Below, in pieces: positions 1 through 8,536 of a DNA stretch of 32,000 nt. The number at the start of each line of letters is the position of its first letter. Positions within the stretch are counted from its first letter, which is position 1. Location: NCBI GenBank assembly GCA_003858585.1, contig RQZE01000001.1:1-32000 (forward strand), read 5' to 3'. Under the pieces are notes generated by a model. The model ran no database searches, was not told the DNA's origin, and saw only the letters and a program-made list of their open reading frames with translations. The DNA is from Erysipelotrichaceae bacterium OH741_COT-311. Lineage in GTDB: Bacteria > Bacillota_I > Bacilli_A > Erysipelotrichales > Erysipelotrichaceae. The translations under genes and the position numbers were made by a program.

Positions 1-68
1 GCTGGCAGGCGATAAAAGCACACGTGTGTGCAGCCAGTGATAGTAGGGCTAAGCCCGAAAATGAAAAA
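1..68 (+). other. GC-enriched, hairpin-rich non-coding segment truncated by the window edge (possible 3' part of a small structured RNA or leader; family not recognised)
   Basis: No ORF on either strand. Nested pairings ctggc(2-6)/gccag(33-37) around gcacac(18-23)/gtgtgc(26-31), then gggc(46-49)/gccc(53-56). Clearly more G+C than the surrounding AT-rich DNA. A terminator follows directly. Confidence 0.25.
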
Positions 69-99
69 CCACCCGCTAGGCGGGTGGATATTTATTAAT
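69..99 (+). terminator. Probable intrinsic terminator ending the upstream transcript
   Basis: GC stem ccacccg(69-75)/cgggtgg(81-87) with a short loop, followed by an A-interrupted T tract (atatttatt). Confidence 0.5.
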
Positions 100-103
100 T
101 AAA

Positions 104-132
104 TTGAATGTTTAATATAACTTCGTTATAAT
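104..132 (+). promoter_or_regulatory. Sigma-A type promoter for the 152..622 gene
   Basis: TTGAAT (104-109), 17-nt spacer, TATAAT (127-132); about 20 nt upstream of the GGAGGA RBS and the ATG at 152. Confidence 0.5.
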
Positions 133-151
133 ATTATTCGGAGGAGTAAAT

Positions 152-622
152 ATGTTTTTTATAGTTGGATCAGGAAGGAAAACAGATTTGATTGGTTTTG
201 TATGTTTTAAACCAAACTATGAAACCATGAGACTGTTACCGCAATATTTATCTGTAAATTATAGTTATGTCAGTTTGTTTTTTATTAAATTATTAAAGTT
301 TAATCGTAAATATTGGATTACTGATGAAAGTGTTACATATGGATATGAAATAGATAATGATCGTTATGTTGCAATCAAACAAGCATTTCCAACGCTATTA
401 CCAATAAAAGATCATTATCAATTATTAGATACTATTTATAATCATGCGATTACATTAAACGATGAACAACTAAAGAAAGAATTAGAAAGTATCGAGCTGA
501 TATTTGATAAGTTGGAAAACGATATGCCATTTCCAAAGGATTATATCTATGATTTAACAAAATATACCGTTTATAAAGTTATGGATGAAAGAAATAACAG
601 TAATCATAAAGAAACAAATTAG
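152..622 (+). CDS. Hypothetical protein; N-terminal half resembles the zinc_ribbon_15 family (MFFI.G...K..LGF / SLFFI..LK...KY) but lacks most Cys ligands
   Basis: 156-aa ORF with RBS ggagga 6 nt upstream. The N-terminal pattern MFFIVGSGRKTDLIGF..C....VSLFFIKLLKFNRKYWI matches my memory of zinc-ribbon_15 proteins. Only one Cys remains where CxxC...CC is expected. The C-terminal ~85 aa are acidic and helical. Confidence 0.6.
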   Translation: MFFIVGSGRKTDLIGFVCFKPNYETMRLLPQYLSVNYSYVSLFFIKLLKFNRKYWITDESVTYGYEIDNDRYVAIKQAFPTLLPIKDHYQLLDTIYNHAITLNDEQLKKELESIELIFDKLENDMPFPKDYIYDLTKYTVYKVMDERNNSNHKETN

Positions 623-636
623 ATTGTTTCTTTTTT
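611..636 (+). terminator. Weak intrinsic terminator
   Basis: gaaacaa(611-617)/ttgtttc(624-630) followed by tttttt(631-636); the AT-rich 7-bp stem overlaps the stop codon. Confidence 0.35.
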
Positions 637-673
637 AATAGTATAAATATGTTATGATTTTAAGGGTGATTAC

Positions 674-1384
674 ATGAATTATTATGAAGAAATTATTGAT
701 AGGATTAAAACATTATTAAAGGAAAATAAACATCAAGAAGCATCTTCTTTATTAAAAGAAGAATTGTCAATGCCTTATATTCCCTTTGCTTATCAGCAAG
801 AATTAGAAGCATTATCTGCATCCGTTGAAACAAATTATTCAATGTCTTCTTTTACTGATGAAGAATTAGAGGAGTATTTACATAGTTCTTATGATAAACA
901 ATTAAAAGCTGTTACAGTATTAGATAAATTAAACTTACGTCATTATCAAGATATGATTAATAGATATTTATCTCATCAACCCAATCGACTTGTAGCAAGT
1001 TTATTAATTGAATCTTTAATTATGCAAAACATCGATTATGAAGTGACTTACTGTATAGAGGATATATCTTATACTTTTATACCATGTTTTGTAGAGCAAC
1101 CTGCTCAATCGGATGGTTATCAAAAGGCAAAGTCATTGTTCGATATGTATTTAAATCATAATCCTTCCTTACATAAAATGGCAATGGACTTATTGATCCA
1201 AGAATGTATGTTATCATTACCTATTACTTATGATGAAAAAGAAGGAGAAGCAATAGGTTATTATATTCTTCAGTATTTATATAAAATGTTTCATGAAGAA
1301 GAAGCATTAAATGAGCTAAATGGTTATTATCCTCAATATTGCTTATTAGAGGGTAAGCTAATATGCTTAAATATTGATATTTAA
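674..1384 (+). CDS. Uncharacterised all-helical protein, possibly DUF3196-like (conserved position upstream of tig)
   Basis: 236-aa ORF with RBS aagggtg. The sequence is helix-rich (MNYYEEIIDRIKTLLKENKHQEASSLLKEELSMPYIP...) with no catalytic motif. The family assignment is from memory only. Confidence 0.55.
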   Translation: MNYYEEIIDRIKTLLKENKHQEASSLLKEELSMPYIPFAYQQELEALSASVETNYSMSSFTDEELEEYLHSSYDKQLKAVTVLDKLNLRHYQDMINRYLSHQPNRLVASLLIESLIMQNIDYEVTYCIEDISYTFIPCFVEQPAQSDGYQKAKSLFDMYLNHNPSLHKMAMDLLIQECMLSLPITYDEKEGEAIGYYILQYLYKMFHEEEALNELNGYYPQYCLLEGKLICLNIDI

Positions 1385-1401
1385 TTCATATTTGATATAA
1401 T
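1374..1401 (+). promoter_or_regulatory. Sigma-A promoter for tig (extended -10)
   Basis: TTGATA (1374-1379), 16-nt spacer ending in TGa, TATAAT (1396-1401); ~30 nt upstream of the tig ATG. Confidence 0.5.
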
Positions 1402-1431
1402 TAATAGGCTAGTAAAAATAGGAGGAAAAAT

Positions 1432-2700
1432 ATGTCGAATTGGACGTTAAAAGAAAAATCACAAGGTGAATTACAAGTTACGATTGAAGGTGAAGTTTGG
1501 TTAGATGCGCAAAAGAAAGCATTTGATAAATTAGCAAAAAACGTAGAAATTAAAGGATTTCGAAAAGGACAGGCTCCAGAAAAATTAGTGCGCGGTTCCA
1601 TCAATCCTCAACAAATTTTAATGGAAGCAATTGATGTAGTTGCAAATGAAGCATTAAGAAATGGTATTGAAGAACATAATTTATGGCCAGTAGCTCGTCC
1701 TGAATTAAAGGTTGAACACATTGATGAAACGAAAGTTGATTTAACATTTGTTGTTACTGTAAAACCTGAAGTTACATTAGGACAATATAAAGATTTACCA
1801 TTTGAAGTAGAAGAAGTAAGTGTGGATGATGAAGCGGTAAATGTTGAATTGGAGCGTTTACAGCAACAATATGCGGATCTTGAAGTGAAAGCGGAAGATG
1901 CAACGGTTGAAACTGGAGATACTGCTGTTATTGATTTTGAAGGATTTAAAGATGGTGTTGCTTTTGATGGTGGTAAAGGTGAAAATCACCCGTTAGTGAT
2001 TGGTTCAAACTCATTCATTCCTGGATTTGAAGATCAAGTAATTGGTATGAAAGTAAATGAAGAAAAAGATATTGAACTTAGCTTCCCTGAAAACTATCAT
2101 GTTGCTGATTTAAAGGGGCAAGCAGTTGTTTTTAAAGTAAAAGTAAATGAAATTAAAGTAAAACGTGTACCGGAAGTAGATGATGAGTTTGTAAGTGAAC
2201 TTCATATTAAGGATGTTACTACAGTTGAACAATTAAAAGAATATTTAAAGAATCAATTATTGACTCAAAAGCAAGCGGATGCTGATAATAAAGCAACAAA
2301 TGATTTAATTACAAAAGTTGTTGAAAATGCTACGGTTGAAATTCCTGATGCTATGATTCAAAGTGAAACAGACGATATGATTAAAGATTATGGTTATCGT
2401 TTACAACAACAAGGTTTTTCTTTAGAACAATTCTTTAATATGACAGGTCAAAGTGAAGAATCGTTGCGTCAACAAATGGCACAAGATGCAAAAAATAAAG
2501 TTAAATTACGCCTAGTGTTAGAAGCGATTGCTACTGCTGAACAATTAGAAGTAAAAGAAGAAGATATTGAAACACAATATCAAGCAATTGCTAATCAATA
2601 TTCAATGGATATTAACCAAGTTAAGAATATTATTCCTAGCGAAAATTTAGCTTATGATGTAAAATTACAGAAAGCTTTAGATTTTATTAAAGGTAAATAA
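1432..2700 (+). CDS. tig: Trigger factor (ribosome-associated chaperone / PPIase)
   Basis: 422 aa. Has the ribosome-binding signature GFRKGQAP near the N-terminus, a central FKBP-type segment (VIDFEGFKDGVAFDGG) and a strong RBS (aggagga). Confidence 0.97.
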   Translation: MSNWTLKEKSQGELQVTIEGEVWLDAQKKAFDKLAKNVEIKGFRKGQAPEKLVRGSINPQQILMEAIDVVANEALRNGIEEHNLWPVARPELKVEHIDETKVDLTFVVTVKPEVTLGQYKDLPFEVEEVSVDDEAVNVELERLQQQYADLEVKAEDATVETGDTAVIDFEGFKDGVAFDGGKGENHPLVIGSNSFIPGFEDQVIGMKVNEEKDIELSFPENYHVADLKGQAVVFKVKVNEIKVKRVPEVDDEFVSELHIKDVTTVEQLKEYLKNQLLTQKQADADNKATNDLITKVVENATVEIPDAMIQSETDDMIKDYGYRLQQQGFSLEQFFNMTGQSEESLRQQMAQDAKNKVKLRLVLEAIATAEQLEVKEEDIETQYQAIANQYSMDINQVKNIIPSENLAYDVKLQKALDFIKGK

Positions 2701-2709
2701 TTTATTAAA

Positions 2710-2728
2710 AGACGCTTTGCGTCTTTTT
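2710..2728 (+). terminator. Intrinsic terminator after tig (likely partial, as lon follows 20 nt later)
   Basis: gacgc(2711-2715) ttt gcgtc(2719-2723) followed by ttttt. Confidence 0.55.
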
Positions 2729-2749
2729 GCCTAAAGTTAGGAGGTAACA

Positions 2750-5068
2750 ATGGAAAAAGAAAAGTTTGAAGTTCATGTTCCAGTCGTATGTACTCGTGGT
2801 ATTATTATTTTTCCTTCACAAGAGTTGGTGATTGAAGTTGGTAGAACAAAGAGTATAAATTCGATTGAAGAATCTATGCATAAATTTGATAATTTTGTTT
2901 TATTGGTGAGTCAAATCGACCCTCTTGTAGATGAGCCGACTATGGATGATATTTATAAATTTGGTACACTATGTCGCATTAAGAATGTGAAGCGTAAAAA
3001 TGGTTTTATGCGTGTTCGTTTTGAAGGCTTAGAACGTGCTAAAATCTTAACGTATGAAGATGATGGACAAATTATTGTATCAAATGTTAAGTGTTTAAAT
3101 AATATACCGGGTGATGAAAAGAAAGAGATGGCTCTTATTACGAGTCTTGCAAAAGAGTTTGAAAACATTGGGAACTTATCCAATGTTTTTCCACCTGAAT
3201 TAATTAGTAAGTTAACACAGGGTGTATCGGCAGTGACATTGAGTGATCAATTTGCTCAATACTATAATTTTAAATTACCTGTGCGACAAACGTTGTTAGA
3301 AACATTAAATGTAAATGAACGTCTATTATTAATTTTAGAAGAACTGGCTCGTGATAAAGAATTATCAAAAATTGAAAATGAAATTAATAGTAAGGTTAAA
3401 GATAAAATTGAAACTGGACAACGTGAATATTATTTACGTGAAAAATTAAGAGTGATTAAAGAAGAATTGGGGGATGTTCCAAATCTAAATGATGATAGTA
3501 GTGTCATTCGCCAAATGATTATGGATAATCCATATCCGGAACATGTAAAAGCGAAGGCGCTTGAAGAACTTGCTAAATATGAAATGCTTCCAAGTGGAGC
3601 AGGAGAAAGTGGTGTTGTTCGTACATATTTAGATTGGCTATTAAAAACACCTTGGTATCAAGAAAGCGAAGATAATGAAGACTTAAATGTTGCCAGTGAT
3701 ATATTAAATGAAGAACATTATGGTCTTGAAAAAGTAAAAGAACGTATTTTAGAGTATTTAGCAGTCAAAAGTATGACTAAGTCTTTAAATGCACCGATTT
3801 TATGTTTAGTGGGTCCTCCAGGAGTAGGGAAGACTTCGCTTGCAAAATCTGTTGCACATGCATTAAATCGCAAGTTTGTAAAAATGAGTTTAGGTGGAGT
3901 AAAAGATGAATCTGAAATCAGAGGACATCGTAGAACGTATTTAGGATCGTTACCCGGTCGTATCATTCAAGGAATGAAAAAGGCAGAAGTAATTAATCCT
4001 GTCTTCTTAATTGATGAAATCGATAAGATGGCATCTGATTATAAGGGTGATCCATCAAGTGCGATGCTTGAAGTATTAGATCCAGAACAAAATAAAATGT
4101 TCTCTGATCATTACTTAGAAGAACCATATGATTTAAGTAAAGTATTGTTTATTGCGACTGCAAATTATCTTGAAAACATTCCAAGTGCTTTAAAAGACCG
4201 TTTAGAAATTATTAATTTATCTTCGTATACAGAACTTGAAAAAGTAAACATTGCCATGGAACATTTAGTTTCTAAACAAGCTGCTTTAAATGGTTTAGAT
4301 TTAAAGAAATTTAAAATTACAGATAAAGAGATTATTTATTTAATTCGTCACTATACAAGAGAAGCCGGTGTGCGTCAATTAGAAAGAGTGATTGCTACAT
4401 TATGTCGTAAGTCTGTTCTTGCTATTCTAAAAGATGGTAAAAAATCAATTAAGATTAGTATCAAATTAATTGGTGAATGGTTGGGTAAACCATTGTATGA
4501 CTATGGACAAAAAGAAAAGAAAAATCAAGTCGGTGTTGTTACAGGTTTAGCATATACTGCCTTTGGTGGTGATGTATTACCAATTGAAGTAAATTATTTT
4601 GAAGGAAAAGGTCGTTTAGTTATTACCGGTTCTTTAGGTGATGTTATGAAAGAATCATGTTCAATTGCTCTGGATTATATTAAGGCAAACGCAAATAAAT
4701 ATAAGATTGATATAACTTTCTTTGATAAACACGATATTCATATTCATGCTCCGGAAGGTGCAATTCCCAAAGATGGTCCAAGTGCAGGAATTACAATTAC
4801 TACATGTTTAGTATCGGCGATTACAAATCGTAAAGTGGATAGCAATATTGCTATGACTGGTGAAGTCACTTTACGTGGTAATGTCTTGGCTATTGGTGGT
4901 TTGCGTGAAAAATCACTGGCAGCTCATCGCAGTGGAATTAAGAGAATTTGTTTCCCTAAAGCAAATCTTAAGGATTTAGAAGATGTACCAAGCATTGTTA
5001 AAGAAACCATTGAGTTTATACCGGTAGAAGAGGTAAGTGAAGTTATTAAAATTGCATTGGTGAGTTAA
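2750..5068 (+). CDS. lon: ATP-dependent Lon protease (LonA type)
   Basis: 772 aa with a Lon N-terminal domain, AAA+ Walker A (GPPGVGKTS), Walker B (FLIDEIDK) and the protease serine motif PKDGPSAG. Confidence 0.97.
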   Translation: MEKEKFEVHVPVVCTRGIIIFPSQELVIEVGRTKSINSIEESMHKFDNFVLLVSQIDPLVDEPTMDDIYKFGTLCRIKNVKRKNGFMRVRFEGLERAKILTYEDDGQIIVSNVKCLNNIPGDEKKEMALITSLAKEFENIGNLSNVFPPELISKLTQGVSAVTLSDQFAQYYNFKLPVRQTLLETLNVNERLLLILEELARDKELSKIENEINSKVKDKIETGQREYYLREKLRVIKEELGDVPNLNDDSSVIRQMIMDNPYPEHVKAKALEELAKYEMLPSGAGESGVVRTYLDWLLKTPWYQESEDNEDLNVASDILNEEHYGLEKVKERILEYLAVKSMTKSLNAPILCLVGPPGVGKTSLAKSVAHALNRKFVKMSLGGVKDESEIRGHRRTYLGSLPGRIIQGMKKAEVINPVFLIDEIDKMASDYKGDPSSAMLEVLDPEQNKMFSDHYLEEPYDLSKVLFIATANYLENIPSALKDRLEIINLSSYTELEKVNIAMEHLVSKQAALNGLDLKKFKITDKEIIYLIRHYTREAGVRQLERVIATLCRKSVLAILKDGKKSIKISIKLIGEWLGKPLYDYGQKEKKNQVGVVTGLAYTAFGGDVLPIEVNYFEGKGRLVITGSLGDVMKESCSIALDYIKANANKYKIDITFFDKHDIHIHAPEGAIPKDGPSAGITITTCLVSAITNRKVDSNIAMTGEVTLRGNVLAIGGLREKSLAAHRSGIKRICFPKANLKDLEDVPSIVKETIEFIPVEEVSEVIKIALVS

Positions 5069-5069
5069 T

Positions 5070-5657
5070 ATGAATTATCATGACGTGGAATTTGTAACAA
5101 GTGCAAAAGAAAAGAGTGCCTGGCCCAAAGAAGGTTGTATTGAGTTTGTTTTAGCTGGACGTAGTAATGTTGGTAAAAGTAGTTTTATTAATACATTAGT
5201 AAATCGTAAAAATTTAGCTTATGTCGGTAAAACGCCAGGAAAGACACGTTTATTAAACTTCTTTAAGATTGATAATCGTTTTATGTTAGTGGATGTTCCC
5301 GGTTATGGTTATGCTACAAGAGGACAAAAAGAATTTATTGCGTTTGGTCAGATGATGGATGAATATTTTTCATTGCGTGAAGAATTAAAAGGGTTATTTA
5401 TGATTGTTGATTTTCGTCATAAACCAACCAAAGATGATGTTGAAATGGTTGAATATGCAAGAAGTAATCACATTGCTACATTTATAGTAGCTACAAAGGC
5501 AGATAAAATTAAAAATAGTCAATGGCATACAAACTTAAAAGTCATTGCTGAAACATTAAATGTTTCAAAAGATAGTATTATTCCATTTTCAAGTGTGACA
5601 TCATTGGGTGTTGATGTTGTTTGGAAAAAACTGGAAAAATTATTGACATCTGAATAA
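5070..5657 (+). CDS. engB: Ribosome-biogenesis GTPase EngB/YsxC (YihA)
   Basis: 195 aa with G1 GRSNVGKSS, G3 DVPGYG and G4 TKADK. The ATG starts 1 nt after the lon stop, matching the conserved lonA-ysxC pairing of Bacilli. Confidence 0.93.
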   Translation: MNYHDVEFVTSAKEKSAWPKEGCIEFVLAGRSNVGKSSFINTLVNRKNLAYVGKTPGKTRLLNFFKIDNRFMLVDVPGYGYATRGQKEFIAFGQMMDEYFSLREELKGLFMIVDFRHKPTKDDVEMVEYARSNHIATFIVATKADKIKNSQWHTNLKVIAETLNVSKDSIIPFSSVTSLGVDVVWKKLEKLLTSE

Positions 5658-5670
5658 GGTTTGATATAAT
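5643..5670 (+). promoter_or_regulatory. Near-consensus sigma-A promoter for the valS T-box leader
   Basis: TTGACA (5643-5648), 16-nt spacer ending in TGa, TATAAT (5665-5670). It overlaps the last codons and stop of engB. Confidence 0.65.
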
Positions 5671-5684
5671 TCACTTAATAACTG

Positions 5685-5892
5685 TGAATAGAAGGTAGTA
5701 ATCTATTGGTGACATATAGAAAATTCTTGGTGGATGAAAAAGAATCGTACAGTAGATGAATGTAGTCTAGGAGTTGATTTTCTAAGTAAATAGGAAAATC
5801 CGTGAAGTGCGTTAAACAAGGAAGTGCATATCTTTTGATATGAATTAAGGTGGTACCGCGATAATCGTCCTTATAATAGGGCGATTTTTTTA
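5685..5892 (+). promoter_or_regulatory. T-box riboswitch leader with Val (GUA) specifier, controlling valS
   Basis: Stem I base taga(5689-5692)/tcta(5766-5769), S-turn AGTA(5697-5700) and helix ctattg(5703-5708)/cagtag(5750-5755). Distal loop is ggtggatgaaa. The specifier loop 3' side GAA-U-GUA-G places GUA at 5762-5764. T-box motif AAGGTGGTACCGCG lies at 5847-5860, with the 7-nt bulge TGGTACC flanked by aagg(5847-5850)/cctt(5869-5872). The terminator competes for the same bases. Confidence 0.9.
5863..5892 (+). terminator. T-box leader terminator
   Basis: aatcgtcc(5863-5870)/gggcgatt(5879-5886), with one G-U pair and an 8-nt loop, followed by a T run. Its 5' arm overlaps the 3' strand of the antiterminator. 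Confidence 0.85.
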
Positions 5893-5907
5893 TTGGAGGA
5901 GAAAAAC

Positions 5908-8511
5908 ATGAAAAATCTAGAAACAAAGTACAATCATTTAGAAGTAGAAAAAGGAAAATATCAACGATGGATAGACTTAGATTTATTTAAGGCTTATGAA
6001 TCAGATAAGAAGCCATATACAATTGTGATTCCTCCGCCCAATGTTACCGGGAAATTGCATTTAGGACATGCATGGGATAATACATTACAAGATATTATTT
6101 CTCGTTATAAACGTATGCAGGGCTATGATATGTTGTATTTACCGGGAATGGATCATGCCGGTATTGCTACACAAGCAAAAGTAGAACAACGTTTAAAGGA
6201 ACAAGGGTTATCACGTTATGATTTAAAACGTGATGGTTTTTTAACACAAGCATGGGCTTGGAAAGAAGAATATGCAAACTTTATTCGTAGCCAGTGGGCA
6301 AAACTTGGAAACTCCTTAGATTATTCTCGTGAACGATTTACTTTGGATGAGGGTTTAAATAAAGCTGTTAATAAAGTGTTTGTAGATTTATATAATGATG
6401 GTTTAATCTATCAAGGTTATCGTATTATCAACTGGGATCCTCAAGCCAAAACAGCATTAAGCAACATTGAAGTAATTCATAAAGAAGTTAAAGGTAATTT
6501 CTATACATTTAAATATTCAATTGTTGATAGTGATGAAACATTAGCAGTTGCGACGACACGCCCAGAAACAATGTTTGGTGATGTTTGTTTAGTTGTGCAT
6601 CCAAAAGATGAACGTTTTATGCATTTAATTGGTAAAAAAGCAATTAATCCTGCAAATCATCAAGAGTTAATCATTATTGGAGACAGTTATATTGATATGG
6701 AATTTGGTACAGGTGCCATGAAATGTACACCGGCACACGATCCAAATGATTATCAAATTGCCTTGCGTCATCAATTAGATATGCCTATATGTATGAATGA
6801 AGATGGAACAATGAATGAACTAGCTTTAGAATTTAAAGGACTAGATCGTTTTCAATGTCGTAAACTTCTTGTTCAAAAAATTAAAGAAGAAGGTAATTTA
6901 ATTTCCATTGAAGAACACATTCATCAAGTAGGACACAGTGAACGTACGGATGTTATTGTTGAGCCATATCTATCGAAGCAATGGTTTGTTAAAATGAAAC
7001 CACTTGCTGATGATGTACTTAAACATCAAGCAGGGATTGAAAAAATTAATTTCTATCCAACGCGCTTTGAAAAAACATTTACTGGTTGGTTAGAAAATAT
7101 TGAAGACTGGTGTATTTCACGTCAATTGTGGTGGGGACATCGTATTCCGGCATACTATCATAAAGAAACAAAAGAGGTTTTTGTTAGTGAAGTTCCTCCG
7201 AAAGATATGGAAAACTATATCCAAGATGAAGATGTATTGGATACATGGTTTTCAAGTGCTTTATGGCCGTTTTCAACCTTAGGATGGCCAGAAACAACAA
7301 GAGACTTTGCACGTTATTATCCAACTGATTGTATGGTTACAGGTTATGATATTATTTTCTTCTGGGTAGCTCGTATGGCGTTTCAAGCTCGTTACTTTAC
7401 AAAACAAATTCCATTTAAAGATGTTTTGATTCATGGTTTAATTCGTGATGAACAAGGTCGTAAAATGAGTAAATCACTTGGAAATGGAATTGATCCAATG
7501 GATGTCATTGATCAATATGGTGTAGATGCTTTACGTTTCTTTTTAACAACCAATTCAACACCTGGTCAAGATATGCGTTATATACCTACAAAAGTAGAAG
7601 CATCTTGGAATTTTATTAATAAAATCTGGAACGCAGCACGTTATGTCATTATGAATATTCCTGAAAACTTTGATTTAACAAACTTAGAATTAAAACAGTT
7701 ATCACTTACAGATGAATGGATTTTAGCATCCTTACATCATACATTAGATCATGTTACAACAAATATGGAGCGTTATGAATTCGCATTAGTAGGAAATGAA
7801 TTGTATCGTTTTGTTTGGGATGATTTTTGTAACTGGTATATTGAATTTAGTAAGTCCGGTTTACAAAGTGAAGATGAAGCAATAAAGAATACAACGATTT
7901 CTGTATTAGTGTATGTATTAGATAACATTATTAAGATGCTTCATCCATTTATGCCATTTGTGACTGAAGAAATATTTTTAACGTTATATCCAAATAAAAC
8001 ATCAATTTCTATCAGTGAATATCCAATTTGTCAAAAAGAAATGATGAAAGATGTATTTGAAGTAAATCAATTGATTGAAATCATTTCTACTGTACGTCAA
8101 ATTAAAGTAGATAATCAATTAAAACCTTCATTAGAACTAGATATGGTTGTTTATAATGCTCAACAAATATGTATGCAACCAGATGAAATTAAAGCTGCCA
8201 TTTTATATAAGATGTGTAAAGTACATTGGGTTTCAAACTTAGATGGTGAGTTAATGATTCGTCCTATTCAACAAGGTTCTATTGGATTTGAAATGAATAA
8301 AATTGTTAATAAAGAAGAAGAAATTAAGAAATTAATGAAAGAGCAGGAACAACTTCAAAAAGAAATACAACGTTGTACAACTATGCTTCAAAATCCAAAT
8401 TTCAAGACAAAAGCAAGTCCTGATAAAGTAAAGAGTGAAGAGATAAAATTATCAAATTACCAAATGCAATATGATGTAATTACAAATCGTTTGCTTGAAC
8501 TAAAAAAATAG
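5908..8511 (+). CDS. valS: Valine--tRNA ligase
   Basis: Class I HIGH motif (GKLHLGHA), KMSKS motif (RKMSKSLGN) and a C-terminal coiled coil. The start is set at ATG 5908, 7 nt after GGAGGA (5895-5900). The ORF-track TTG at 5893 lies inside the terminator tail and RBS. Confidence 0.96.
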   Translation: MKNLETKYNHLEVEKGKYQRWIDLDLFKAYESDKKPYTIVIPPPNVTGKLHLGHAWDNTLQDIISRYKRMQGYDMLYLPGMDHAGIATQAKVEQRLKEQGLSRYDLKRDGFLTQAWAWKEEYANFIRSQWAKLGNSLDYSRERFTLDEGLNKAVNKVFVDLYNDGLIYQGYRIINWDPQAKTALSNIEVIHKEVKGNFYTFKYSIVDSDETLAVATTRPETMFGDVCLVVHPKDERFMHLIGKKAINPANHQELIIIGDSYIDMEFGTGAMKCTPAHDPNDYQIALRHQLDMPICMNEDGTMNELALEFKGLDRFQCRKLLVQKIKEEGNLISIEEHIHQVGHSERTDVIVEPYLSKQWFVKMKPLADDVLKHQAGIEKINFYPTRFEKTFTGWLENIEDWCISRQLWWGHRIPAYYHKETKEVFVSEVPPKDMENYIQDEDVLDTWFSSALWPFSTLGWPETTRDFARYYPTDCMVTGYDIIFFWVARMAFQARYFTKQIPFKDVLIHGLIRDEQGRKMSKSLGNGIDPMDVIDQYGVDALRFFLTTNSTPGQDMRYIPTKVEASWNFINKIWNAARYVIMNIPENFDLTNLELKQLSLTDEWILASLHHTLDHVTTNMERYEFALVGNELYRFVWDDFCNWYIEFSKSGLQSEDEAIKNTTISVLVYVLDNIIKMLHPFMPFVTEEIFLTLYPNKTSISISEYPICQKEMMKDVFEVNQLIEIISTVRQIKVDNQLKPSLELDMVVYNAQQICMQPDEIKAAILYKMCKVHWVSNLDGELMIRPIQQGSIGFEMNKIVNKEEEIKKLMKEQEQLQKEIQRCTTMLQNPNFKTKASPDKVKSEEIKLSNYQMQYDVITNRLLELKK

Positions 8512-8536
8512 TATATGATTACTTTAAGGTGATGGT

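Noticed and set aside
1-10. GCTGGCAGGC at the window start resembles the 3' end of 5S rRNA (…GCTGCCAGGC) and a segment of E. coli 4.5S RNA (AGCUGGCAGG).
   Set aside because: Only about 10 nt of imperfect similarity. The downstream sequence does not match either RNA, and this cannot be judged without upstream sequence.
5675-5926. 83-aa minus-strand ORF covering the engB-valS intergenic region.
   Set aside because: The region is fully explained by a canonical T-box leader on the + strand, and the ORF has no RBS or homology signal.
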